Positions 52,326 to 64,000 of a stretch of 64,000 nucleotides of DNA are shown in pieces. This DNA is from Octopus sinensis (taxonomy: Eukaryota): contig NC_043005.1 of NCBI RefSeq assembly GCF_006345805.1, positions 67,146,001 through 67,210,000 on the forward strand, in the 5' to 3' direction. Each line of letters starts with the position of its first letter. Position 1 is the first letter of the stretch. A model generated the notes under the pieces. It ran no database searches, had not been told where the DNA came from, and saw only the letters and a list, made by a program, of their open reading frames with translations. A program made the position numbers and the translations under genes.

Positions 52326-52894
52326 GACACCAATTTCTATAATTGCGACAGAAATTTCTATTACTTTTATTATTGCATATTGAAAATATTTCACTTGTAT
52401 AGTTTCATCACGTTAATTTGTAGTGATTGACTAACATAACTGTCGTGAGAGTGCTTGGACATTTGCTGATTGTTGTGATTGCTTGAGTGCTGTACCGGAA
52501 CTGGATCGAAGGTCCAAACCCGTTGCATGTAATATATTTCAAACCGCTAATCTCATCGCTGTTCTGGAGCCTCCTTTCTTTGTGCGACAAATTATTTACT
52601 AGTCAAAGGAGTGAGAGATTTTCATCTAGGCAAGTTATGCGGATTCTGCCGTTCAGAGGAAAATTAATATATAACGGAATCCATGTAACCAATGACAACC
52701 CAAGAGGAATTATCAATACGATGGATGAACAACACCCAACAAAATTCATAATATTTCTTGCCTTGATCCACTATACATCTTTATGAAGGAATACACAGTC
52801 CAACTGTTATTTTAAAGATGGCTTATTTTATTACTTCTACGAATGAACACGCAGAATATATTATACAATGGAGATTTTAAACCAACGTAAAAGT

Positions 52895-53065
<171 letters not shown>

Positions 53066-53513
53066 AGTTAAGCGGTGCCTGTGTAGGTGTATACAAGTAT
53101 ATAGATGTATGATGTAGGGAATTTATGTTTGCATTGCAAATGTAGAATTATGCATGCGGCAGCTCGTGTGAAAAACATAACATATTCCATTGAAAGTACT
53201 TGTTTGCGTTGCAGCTTCTATATTGCTAAATAATTGACAATTGTTTAGGTCGACCTACTTGTACTTTATACAAGTTGTTTTCGCTAATATGAGGCCCAGT
53301 TTTGTCTACAGATGTCATTGAAATTTATTTCACTTGGAAATACCCAATTAACTCAAAGGATAATACGGACTGTATTTCTTCATGCTAGGTGTATTTGGTT
53401 TGTGTCGTTGGAATATATCATCATTACAATATATCATCTGCTAACATAAAGAACTCCAGTTCAATGAAAAGTTCTTGTGGATAAGTTAAATCAACTGATA
53501 TTACAAGCCAAAG

Positions 53514-53740
53514 CAGTGGTTCTCAAATATTTTTAATGTATTATTACTTTATTGTCGTGTTCAAAATCTAGTTTTATGGATACTATTTCCTATTTTGTTC
53601 ATTACGTTTTCACTTGTAATAAATATATTTAAAGCAAATTTTTGTCACGGACACATAAAATGCTATTGTAACCCCAATTTACTATTTTACTTGTATGGAC
53701 TCCCAAAAAAACTTATGTTGATCCTGGTCGGGAACAACTG
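53514..53740. mobile_element. hAT (Charlie-like) MITE, 227 bp
   Basis: Ends CAGTGGTTCTC / GGGAACAACTG; 8-bp TSD AGCCAAAG / AGCTAAAG. Confidence 0.75.
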
Positions 53741-54970
53741 AGCTAAAGTGAGCATGTGTAACTTTATATTTCTGTTAAAGTAGAGCAGACAAATTCCATT
53801 AAAACCACACAGTACCATTTTAAATAAAATCAGTACACTTTAAAAAGATGGCCCTTAATGTATTTTGTCTCATTATCGGATTCGCTCAGGCTGAAACTTC
53901 GGCCATTCAAGGATATCATTTAAACCATTAATATCATCTTTCATCGCAAGACTGATAAAATCCAAGCTTATTTCGGGCTTATTAATGTTATATTGTACCT
54001 TGTGGCCATAAAAATATTACACATGTGATATATATATACATCTCACTGAGGATAAACGTTGTATATCCCTTTCTACCCTCTGTTTCCATGTATCATGGTT
54101 TGTATTCTCTCTTTTGAAATGTTTTCAAGTACGGTTGAATTATAACACTCCGTTTTCTGCGAGCATGTTTTGATGCATAAATCCAAGATATTAATCATGT
54201 GTCTTGGGCACTGAGAAACACATTTTTCGTGTAATCTTTCTTTTCCATTCTGAGAACAGGCTACGTTCCTGTTCCAGAACTACATACTACGTTTACTTAA
54301 TATTTACCTTTATTTCCGTTGGATTCCTAATAGCGATACAACACAGACAAAATAATACCCTTCTTTGACTCAGAATTTCAGTTGGTTCCAACCGTTTCGT
54401 TACAAGGTTTGATTGTCTGATATTTGTGATATTCAGCAGAACAATCGATTGTGGTATTGATATTTTTAACTTATCATCATTGATCATAAAATGTCTAGTA
54501 TTGATTTTATAACATTTCATCACGAAGACAATTGGTTCCAACAAAAAAATAAAAAGAATATAATTTCTTGAAATTTCTTCTTCCAAAAGCTATCTTGCGA
54601 ATGCTACATCACGTTCAAATATTTGCAAGTTGTCTGCTTCGTATTATTTCATGGAATGAGAAGAGAATGCATTAGCTACAAAGCTGTCAGAAAAAGGGCA
54701 GGAAAGGGAAGATTACAAAACGAAATCTCTAGACTTTCTATTAATATAACTGCTGCTAAAAATTATTTCCACACATATATGCGCGCGTGCACAAGTATAT
54801 ATTAGTTTGTATATATATACGTGCATGTTTCAGTACTATCACTAGCCCATCTCATTGAGGTATATGCTCCTCTAGTAACTGATACCTGTTCGAGAGGAGT
54901 GTATAGAGTTTAGGTTGCTTTAAACTGCAAAGCATTCGAAGTATGAATTCTGAAAAAGAAAAGAGATAAT

Positions 54971-55065
54971 CATGCTCTAACGAGGAAGAGCTGCCCGAAA
55001 CGTTTGCAGGAAAAATGCGAAGAACCTGATGAGTTGCGATCCAGACTCGAAAGAATGTTTCAGCC
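54971..55065 (+). ncRNA. Two tandem decayed hammerhead-like motifs
   Basis: CTAACGA-GG..CCC-GAAAC-GTT, followed by CTGATGA-GT..ACTC-GAAA. Confidence 0.4.
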
Positions 55066-56239
55066 TAGTGACTCATCCAACTGAGATTGAATGTTTTATG
55101 TACGTCAAAAAAGTAGCTTTATTTGCTCAGTGATGATTAAAAATGAATTATGTCGACCCAAGGTGGATGTTAGTTGCCTTATTGTATGTAATGACATAGA
55201 GAGAAATATAAACACTTATAAATGTATGTGAATGTTTTGCCACTTACCTTTTACTTGGACAGCGACCATGCTTGAGTATTGCTTTTAGATTTTAATGGAA
55301 AAAAATTGACCTCAATACATATTTTTAACTCTGGTCCTTTATCAGCAAAGTTACGGCGACGTCATAAACAAACACTCACACACACACACACATATGTATA
55401 TAGACAGATATGCATGTATGTATATATATATTACTATTTAGGAGAAACAACAGAATGTCTCAACACACGAACTCTCGACCCTTGAGTCACTGTGTTGCCT
55501 CTCATATATTAATAAAAATATACATTTAATCAACATACTTCTATATGTGTGCGTGTTTATGTGTGTTGTGTGTGTGTACGCGCACCTGTGTGTTTGTACA
55601 TACACAGATAGCTTCCACAAAGTTTCCATTTACCAAATTCACCCACAAAGGGCGGTCAGCCCTGGGCTATAGAAAAAGATACTTGTCCAAGTTAGCAGGC
55701 AGTACTCTACACATGTATCCTCGTGGCTGCTAAGCGAGCGACTTACAATAGTGGTGGAAAGTGAGAATGTGTACTGAACTCAGCATATATTGATGGATTA
55801 TACTTTATCTTTTTGTAGACTTTGTATACATCCTCAAATTTTTAAAATGCTCCACTTTCACAATGAGGTAAAAGCATCTCCATTTTTATGCGGCAACGTG
55901 GGATTTCGCGTGAATTTAAATTTGGTTACGGGATATAAAATATCGACATAGAATATAGAGATAAGGGGAAGTAATTGTCTACACCCTAGACTAGGGTATT
56001 TGGCAGTGGTTGCTACACTTACACTAGTATTGATCTTTATAAAGATAGTATATCAATATTTGTCCACCTATGCTCTTAGTAGTTGTAAATGAGATATCTG
56101 TAAGCCCATGAATGCATGTGTACCAAATGTGTATGTATTGTTTCAGACAATTAAAATATATGGAAGAAATGAATATAATATTATACACGTGAAAATAAAA
56201 TACGTGTTCATGTACTAAATAATTTGTAGGCTATTTACC

Positions 56240-56440
56240 ACACAATGCTTAGCGGTATTTCGTCTGCCGCTACGTTCTGAGTTCAAATTCCGTCGAGGTC
56301 GACTTTGCCTTTCATGCTTTCGGGGGTCGATTAAATAAGTACCAGTTACGCACTGGGGTCGATATAATCGACATAATCCGTTTGTCTGTCCTTGTTTGTC
56401 CTCTGTGCTTAGCCCCTTGTGGGTAGTAAAGAAATAGGTA
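56240..56440 (+). mobile_element. Major SINE, well-conserved 5'-truncated copy
   Basis: atgcttagcggtatttcgtctgccgctacgttctgagttcaaattcc..gccccttgtgggtagtaaagaaatagg. Confidence 0.9.
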
Positions 56441-57019
56441 AATAGCCAGTATTTAGACTACGATTTTTATCTCCGTTCGAATATTGTAATTGTATATTTT
56501 ATTACAAAATCCGTGTTTAAGTATTACACAGTGTATTAATAGAAAGACAAAACTTGAAACTGTGTTTACATTAAGTTACTGCAGCTTACGTTCCGTTAAC
56601 ATAAAGTGTTCATTAATTACATTATGCAAATCATATAATCATGACCCGTAGAAAAATGCCACAGACACGTAACTTTTATACATAGCCTTGTTGGATTAAA
56701 AACTCGACAGAAATTTCCATTGCGAATAAGCGTAGTGGCTGTGGTAATATTCCATTATATTGATGTTAGATAGAAGAAATTAACAAAGAAGAGAATGACA
56801 GGAGACATATCAGAGTTAAAATTTGACCAGAATGTCTGACAATATGTGTGGTGATATTTAGATTAACCATTTCACGGGCCTTCATATTACATATTTTACT
56901 TTGATGCTCGTAAAGCTTGAAGCTGCCATAAAATTGCCGACGGATATATATTGACTGCACAAATGAGTCATACATACATCTATCTCCGCAAACATAAAGA
57001 CACATTAACAATTTATGTA

Positions 57020-57302
<283 letters not shown>

Positions 57303-57365
57303 TAAAACATTATTGGTGAATTGAAGAAATGGAGCTGAACGCAGATTGAACAGAAATCGTTTTAT

Positions 57366-57452
57366 TTCATTCTACACGTGTTTCGAAAGGCACAAATTAC
57401 CAAAATCCGATTGAATAATGGGACCATATTGTGTCTTTCTCTTCAGGAAGAA
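57366..57452 (-). ncRNA. Type I hammerhead (sense to the PLE)
   Basis: TTCTTC-CTGAAGA-GAAAGACACAA..TTGTGCCTTTC-GAAAC-ACGT-GTA-GAATGAA. Confidence 0.8.
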
Positions 57453-58059
57453 AAAAGGAAATCCGTTGGAAAAACAAAAACAGAACAGAAGCGGAGCAAA
57501 AAACAAATCGAACTGTGCTCCTAAGAGCCCATGGCGAAACTGTTTATCAGTGTATGTTGAGACCGGTGGCTGAAGAATTCAACGGGTCAGGCATCGGTCA
57601 ATCATGTGGGTGAGGGTGTATAGATGTTCTTTGTGACCGAGAATAAAGTTCTGACTATTTAAAGAATATTGGATGTTTTATAAGGGGCGAGAAAAAATCT
57701 ACTTAGAGACGTGTGTGTGTGTATACTGTTCTATATATGTGTGTGTTGGCGTAGGGGTAGAAAACATTTTTTGTGTACGTGTGTGCGTTTGATCGTTCGG
57801 CTGTCAGTGGCTACTGCCGTGATAACCGTTGGGTGGCAGAAAGAAAAAAATAAAAAAATTATATATATTTATTATGTTTTATGTGTGTGTGTGTGTTCAT
57901 CTAAGCTTGCCTTGTCAAGGAAACCCCCCGCTGTGAAAAAACCAAGCCCCGTTTGTCTTACAGGAGTAATTTCCCTTGCAGTGGTTAATCGTAGATATCT
58001 TAAAGGCTATTTCAGAATTTGTTACCAAGGTCTATGGGTGCCGGTATTATTTATAAACG

Positions 58060-58305
58060 CTATTTAAAGGCCAGATAAGTGTAACGCCGCCAATGGGGGC
58101 ATCGAAAAGCCGACTGTAAGAGCCCGTTTACCATCCGGCCTCTGGCAAACAAAATATGGAAGAGTTCGGAGACACAAAGGTTGCACTGTCTTCTGCCCCT
58201 ATCAAATGGGAGGGCCACCGACAAAATTGACCATTCCAGCCTATAGCTTAAGTTCGCATCCTTCAGTCGCCATATTAGCTTACTGAGTCCCGTGGTCTGG
58301 CGCTT
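58060..58305 (-). pseudogene. C-terminal part of a Naiad-type GIY-YIG endonuclease
   Basis: TGLSKLIWRLKD...Y.LEWSIL..A.PF....RQCNLCVSE..HIL...N.....RCPH. Confidence 0.88.
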
Positions 58306-58632
58306 GTACACAAAAAATGTTTTCTACCCCTACGCCAACACACACATATATAGAACAGTATACACACACACACGTCTCTAAGTAGATTTTTTCTCGCCCC
58401 TTATAAAACATCCAATATTCTTTAAATAGTCAGAACTTTATTCTCGGTCACAAAGAACATCTATACACCCTCACCCACATGATTGACCGATGCCTGACCC
58501 GTTGAATTCTTCAGCCACCGGTTCTCAACATACACTGATAAACAGTTTCGCCATGGGCTCTTAGGAGCACAGTTCGATTTGTTTTTTGCTCCGCCTCTGT
58601 TCTGTTTTTGTTTTTCCAACGGATTTTCTTTT

Positions 58633-58719
58633 TTCTTCCTGAAGAGAAAGACACAATATGGTCCCATTATTCAATCGGATTTTGGTAATTTGTGCCTTTC
58701 GAAACACGTGTAGAATGAA
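58633..58719 (+). ncRNA. Type I hammerhead (inverted copy)
   Basis: Identical to 57366-57452; predicted cleavage 3' of A58712. Confidence 0.8.
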
Positions 58720-59074
58720 ATAAAACGATTTCTGTTCAATCTGCGTTCAGCTCCATTTCTTCAATTCACCAATAATGTTTTAATTTCAATTATCCGCACC
58801 AACGCACGGTTGCAACGCCAGATGGTTGTACCTCCAACCGTGCTGTTTACTGCTGTGATTTTTGCTACTAAGGTATCGGTTAAACTTTTGATTAATCTAC
58901 TACAAGATTATTCATCTTTCTATTTCACATAAATTATATATATATATATATATTATATATACATATATATATATACATATACGTATATATATATATATAT
59001 ATGTATATATATTATATATATATATATATGTATATATATTCAAATATATATATATACATATATATACACACACA

Positions 59075-59107
<33 letters not shown>

Positions 59108-59109
59108 GT

Positions 59110-59145
<36 letters not shown>

Positions 59146-59729
59146 ATATAAGCAAAAATGCTAGTTCTAAAATCTCTTTAATAGATCAGCACAGTAGTTG
59201 TACTAACAAGTAACGTTCGTAGACACTTCAACATGAATGTTCTTTCGCAGTCAAATCCGTTCGAGCGGACAGCCATGTTGAAGTAGCAAATCTACTCATC
59301 CCCGAAGGAGGCATAAAATGAGGGTTGGAAGTCATAACGCATTATGTATTGAGAAATGTGTGAATGGACTTGATAGATTACTGGGTGATGTCTTAGAGAG
59401 ATCACATTACTGTTGGTGATGCAGCATTCTATTGCAGTTATATGACATGTGTTTGCGACTAAGTCACATCTGATGACGATTCACTCCAGAACAGAAATAT
59501 GGGTTCCCAGCCTGTGTATCATGCTTGGTTATTTGAACCACTCTTAACGAAAGCCAGAGCTTCCTTCGACCATTACATAAAAAGTATTATGAACTAAACG
59601 TTATTTAGATATACTTTTATTTTAGCTGTTTACACTATTTTACGCTTGTTTTTTAATTTATGCATTCAAAGTTAACAAATTTTCCTTATCTAAATTATGA
59701 ATCATATTTCTTTCGATAATATCAATGTG

Positions 59730-59985
59730 GTTCTATATTTAAGAGATGAGGAATTATCTTCATTATTTACATTATTTACATTTGACAGATATTTGTCCTC
59801 ATCTTTTTTGTGTTTGTGGCATTTCGGCTGATATACCCTCCAGCCTTCATCAGGTGCCTTGGGGAAATTTCGAACCTGAGTTCTCTTCCCTAAAGTAAAT
59901 TTCGATGTCATTATTATTTTTCAGAGCAGTGCCAGGAATCGAACTCGGAATCTTGGGTTAGTAGCCCGCGCCCTTAACCACTATG
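59730..59985 (-). mobile_element. tRNA-derived SINE with hammerhead-like module (copy 2)
   Basis: Minus strand tagtggttaagggcgcgggctactaaccc..gagttcgattcc, then GGCAC-CTGATGA-A-GGCTG..CAGCC-GAAAT (59812-59858), then the aatgtaaat tail. Confidence 0.8.
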
Positions 59986-60030
59986 AAAAATGCCTTAGGA
60001 ATGAGAACCCAATTAAAAATATTCACCGCC

Positions 60031-60344
60031 GATATCAACAATTGTAACATCTTACTTCGAGGGTAAATACTCGAACGCTTTTGCTCATATATATATTTTG
60101 CACCATGTGGACCGGCTAGGCGCAGAATTACGCATAAGATTGGTAGATTCATAAACGTGACGGACTTAGAATTTGGACCAGCGGTTCATACTGAAGAAGT
60201 TTGCGGCCCTGGGGCCCGAACCCGAAACCATGGTATATAAGTATCTGAGTGGCATATTTTTTGAAAGGTATCTTTTTTTAATGTCTTACCACAGCAGATG
60301 ATATTAACAATAGTAACATCTTACTTCGAGTGTAAATACTCGAA
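60031..60344 (+). mobile_element. 269-bp HHR-bearing monomer bounded by 45-bp direct repeats (60031-60075 / 60300-60344)
   Basis: The repeats differ at 3 positions; HHR at 60185-60241. Confidence 0.7.
60185..60241 (+). ncRNA. Type I hammerhead
   Basis: TTCATA-CTGAAGA-A-GTTTG-C-GGCCC-TG-GGGCC-CGAAC-CC-GAAAC-CATG-GTA-TATAAG. Confidence 0.7.
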
Positions 60345-60399
60345 TGTTGTTGTTTATATATATATATGAGGGGATTCTTTCGGTTAGCGTCTACCAAAT

Positions 60400-60497
60400 C
60401 CATTCACAAGGCACTCACAATGTGCCACGGGGTGGGACTGAACCCAAAACTATGTGGTTAGGAAGCAAGCTTCTTAGCACACAGCCACGCCTGTGCC
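60400..60497 (-). mobile_element. tRNA-like SINE head fragment
   Basis: Minus strand ggcacaggcgtggctgtgtgctaagaagcttgcttcctaaccacatagttttgggttcagtccc. Confidence 0.65.
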
Positions 60498-60505
60498 TTA
60501 TATGC

Positions 60506-60541
<36 letters not shown>

Positions 60542-60629
60542 TTGTGTGTGTATGTATACATACATACGTACGTACCTACATACACACATACATACATACA
60601 TGCATATCTTACAATAGCATAAAACACTT

Positions 60630-61607
60630 TTCACTAAAGAATAATACAGACGAATAAAGAAAATTTGGACTTCAGAACTCTCTGTATTCAATAAACCAAT
60701 GCCCCACAATATGCTTGCAGTGCCAGTACTCATACCAACATATGGGCTGCTTGACTGGACGTTTGATGATCCGAGCCATTGAAGTGAAAACCCGAAAAAT
60801 ACTAACAAGCACACAATTTCCACATCAATGTCTATCGTGGAACTATAGCCGAATTACTGCCCCCAGTTTGAAGGGGTAGTATTTACAATCCAGGAACAGG
60901 AAATATCAACCAAATACCTGATGCAAAAAAGGGATAGAAATGAAAGAAAATCAGTGAAAATGTGGCAACCTATGCAGATTTTGTGGAGTTAACACCGAAA
61001 ATATCACCCACATAAGCAGTTGTCCGTAAATTTCATCACATTATGTTCTACCGATGGCATATGATGTTGTAGCTGTGGCACTCTATAATGAAATCCATCG
61101 GAAGAATAATCCCGAGGACCAAGATATAAGAACGCACAATATGGTAGAAGACATAGCCACACATAATGACAAAGGAGTACTGGTGGAATATCCCAGTAAA
61201 GACCTCAATAAAATGTAAGCACAACAGACCTGATATAATGATTTGGGATGAGAAGAAAAACTGTTTACAGTTGTGGAAATTAGCTGTCCAGCGGGTGTTA
61301 ACATAAAGCAGAAGATCAGTGAAATAAACAGAATACCTACGCTGAAATCTGCAGTTACTCCATCCAGATTACAAGTTCAGATTTATACATGTAACTATTG
61401 AGGTCCTGGGATATGTAGCGCACTGCCTAAATACCAGATTATACTTGTAGTTGTTGGGGTCTTGGGATATGTAACACACTGCCTAAATACCAATCTTGAG
61501 GAATTAGGTTGCTTAAAATCAGAAAGCAGAAAGCTAATTCGAAGACTACAGATCCAATCATTGGAACTGTAAAAATCTGTAAAACTTTCCATAAGTTTAT
61601 CATTTAA
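60630..61607 (+). mobile_element. R4/Dong-like non-LTR retrotransposon 3' fragment with restriction-like endonuclease
   Basis: YRRIKKIWTSELSVFNK..HNMLAVPVL.PTYGLLDW..KTRKILT; QFEGVVFTIQEQEISTKY; CRFCG..ENITHISSCP; WWNIPVKT..KHNRPDIMIWD..VVEISCP. Confidence 0.88.
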
Positions 61608-61649
61608 ATAAATACGTTTATGTCTAGATAAGTAAATATGTGGATGGGA

Positions 61650-61820
61650 ATCCATACATACATACATACAAGCATACATACATACATACATACATACATG
61701 CATACATACATACATACATACATACATACATACATACATACATACAGCATATATACATACATACATGCATACATATATACGACATACATACATACATACA
61801 TACATACATACATACATAAA
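61650..61820. repeat. (CATA)n microsatellite
   Basis: Direct reading. Confidence 0.95.
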
Positions 61821-62389
61821 TGCAAACAAAAATACTCCGTTGCTGATGTTGAAATTCTAATGAATTGTTAGAAACCGGCCCTTTTTCTATTGAATTAAAA
61901 CTGAACAATGATGCATACTGACATACATACATACATACGAGACTTACGGATCGTAAATAAGTGAACCAATTAGCAACTACTAGCAATGTTGTAAAGGACG
62001 ATGTCCTCACAAGCGCGTGCCATTAAATATTCACAAAGATTATTTGCGCTCTGAGATATTGTACTTTCTCGTCGGTTACCATGTGAATATATCAAAGATT
62101 GAAATATTTCAACGATAGAAAAAGTAAATGTTTATAACGAACATTAAATTACAGTTGAATATGAAAGGTTAAAATTATCTTACGATGATTTTAATTACTC
62201 CATACGCATTCCAATGCGATTTTTTAGGCTTGTGATGACATCTCCCCTTCCAAGTATCTCTTACTTTTTAAAAAGAAAATTTTCGATATCCATTTTTATT
62301 GAAAAAAGAAAAAGGATGGTAGCAACAGTGCAGAAATATCTTAAAATATGGTATATATTCCTGAAATTAACTCCAACTACTAACACCAC

Positions 62390-62411
62390 CACCACCACCA
62401 CCACCACTACA

Positions 62412-62442
<31 letters not shown>

Positions 62443-62445
62443 TAT
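62390..62445. repeat. (ACC)n/(ACT)n microsatellite
   Basis: Direct reading. Confidence 0.95.
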
Positions 62446-63044
62446 CTACGGTGCATCAGAGCTCGAATCTAAACTGACGATGATAACAATTACGAATGAA
62501 AGTTATGTTTTTGTTGCCGGCTCTATTGAATCTATTGAAATACTTATACTTGGAGGGAGAATTCAAGTTAATTCAAGAGAAGAGAAACACTGCTTTTTTT
62601 ATCAGAATAATGCAGCAATATTTCGAAAACATTGTCATAGAAAACCCTTGTGGGAGAACACTGCATATATACTTCAGTTGGCAAGAATCAAACATCAGTT
62701 TTATAATTATGTCAGTATGTTTGGTTGTTTTCTTCTTCTTCTTCTTCTTCTTCTTCTTCTTCTTTTTCTTTCAATCAGGACTCACGCCATTAGCCACAAA
62801 AAATCTCTAATTCGAGCCTGTTCTAAGCTACTAAGAATGCGTGTGGCAACTTGAAGAGCAACTCACCACACGCGATAGACTGGCGGTTGCACGGGTGCGA
62901 AAACTACGTTATTATCCTCATTCCGTAAACAGTGGCTTTTAACGGGTGGAGAGCTGAACCATCCTGGGGTACAGAGGATTCTCAATCTATACTAGGGTCT
63001 GTACCACACCATAGTGGATTACACATGCTTTGTGGCAGAAGCAG

Positions 63045-63233
63045 GAAGAAAGAGTGAGAAAAAGTTGTGGCGTAAGAGTACAGCCGGGTTCACCACCACC
63101 CCAACGCCGGAGTCTTTTGGAGCTTAGGTGTTTTTTGCTCAATAAACACTCACAATGCCCGGTTTGAGAATCGAAACCGCGTACCTACGACCGCGAGTCC
63201 GCTGCCCTCACCACTGGGCCATTGTGCATCCAC
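63045..63233 (-). mobile_element. tRNA-derived SINE (same family as 29656-29845)
   Basis: Collinear homology with 29656-29845. Confidence 0.8.
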
Positions 63234-64000
63234 TTTGGTTCGCGTTGCCGATCAACTGAATTGGATATCGTTGCAATTGGGTTATCTCTAATGCAGCTGC
63301 AGTTGAATTAATTTGTATTCATTGTTTACAATTCATCTTTCATATGAAATGTCGGATGATATATGCTAACTATACGGCGTTTGGGAATAAAATGATGACT
63401 GTACAAACGTTTATCGCAGAATATCTTGCCAAGGCACGATGATATATAAGAAATATTGAAATTAATATAATCGCATCTCTTATGGGCTTAGTGATATAAC
63501 AAAAAAAAGACGTCAACTTCAGTTTGGAGTAGGCATATTTTCTAGTTCTTAGATTTGGTAGTTCGCTTTTATTTTTTTGTTTTCTCACCATCATAGCCAA
63601 GGTTATGTTACATCAGTGTCTTCATTGCCGCTTGAGAAAACAATCTTTTTTATCTGCGGCACTCAAGGTGCTTGAACACAATCTATAAATACTAGTAGGT
63701 TCTTATTAAAGGAAAAGAGAAATTATTAAGAAAAATAGCACGTGTGTTGTGTCCATGATTTCTCCAGTGTATTTGACAATACATGATCGGATCTATTGTT
63801 ATTTCTTTGAATACTCTCCCATGTCGTGAATGAGTAAATCCTTTGCAATTCGCTGACCAATTCCTTTTCACATAGTGTTTCCTATTACTTTTACAAAGCT
63901 TGCCAATATGCTGGTAAATTATGTGAATCTTTTGCTTTTGTATTCAATACCAGAATTAGGACAATTCTCCACTAGAGTGTTCCTTGTTGTTTGTTCTTCA

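Larger units (their letters stand above)
57303..58782 (-). mobile_element. Young 5'-truncated Naiad-like PLE with 476-bp inverted terminal repeat (57303-57778 / 58306-58782)
   Basis: Only 3 differences seen between the arms by eye. The endonuclease C-terminus starts exactly at the inversion junction. Confidence 0.9.

Noticed and set aside
57303-58060. SECIS element expected for selenocysteine-coding Naiads (also searched 42300-42550)
   Set aside because: No AUGA-N11/12-AA-...-GA hairpin seen by eye, and no in-frame UGA in the retained endonuclease parts. A SECISearch run would be decisive.

Overview
AT-rich, microsatellite-dense animal genomic DNA. It is most likely an octopus (coleoid cephalopod), inferred from recalled SINE families and the (TA)n/(CA)n/(TATC)n load; this was not database-verified. 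No host gene can be supported, and most ORFs in the track are microsatellite artefacts. The window is a transposon graveyard: three Penelope-like element (PLE) relics (one RT+GIY-YIG; two Naiad-like endonuclease 3' ends with inverted terminal repeats), mariner, maT, hAT, Helitron, Ty3/Gypsy, RTE, CR1 and R4-like fragments, and several SINE families. The unexplained signal is a dense set of type I hammerhead ribozyme (HHR) motifs: about 15 readable or decayed copies from roughly 8-9 sequence families. They sit in short non-coding elements that recurrently form fold-back (inverted) structures and abut (TA)n tracts. Highlights are a tRNA-headed SINE carrying an HHR (2 copies, both with an inversion starting at the same body position), an HHR family with compensatory stem I changes plus a tandem array of its monomers, and different palindromic stem III sequences suggesting dimeric cleavage. 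All folds were made by eye; activity is untested.
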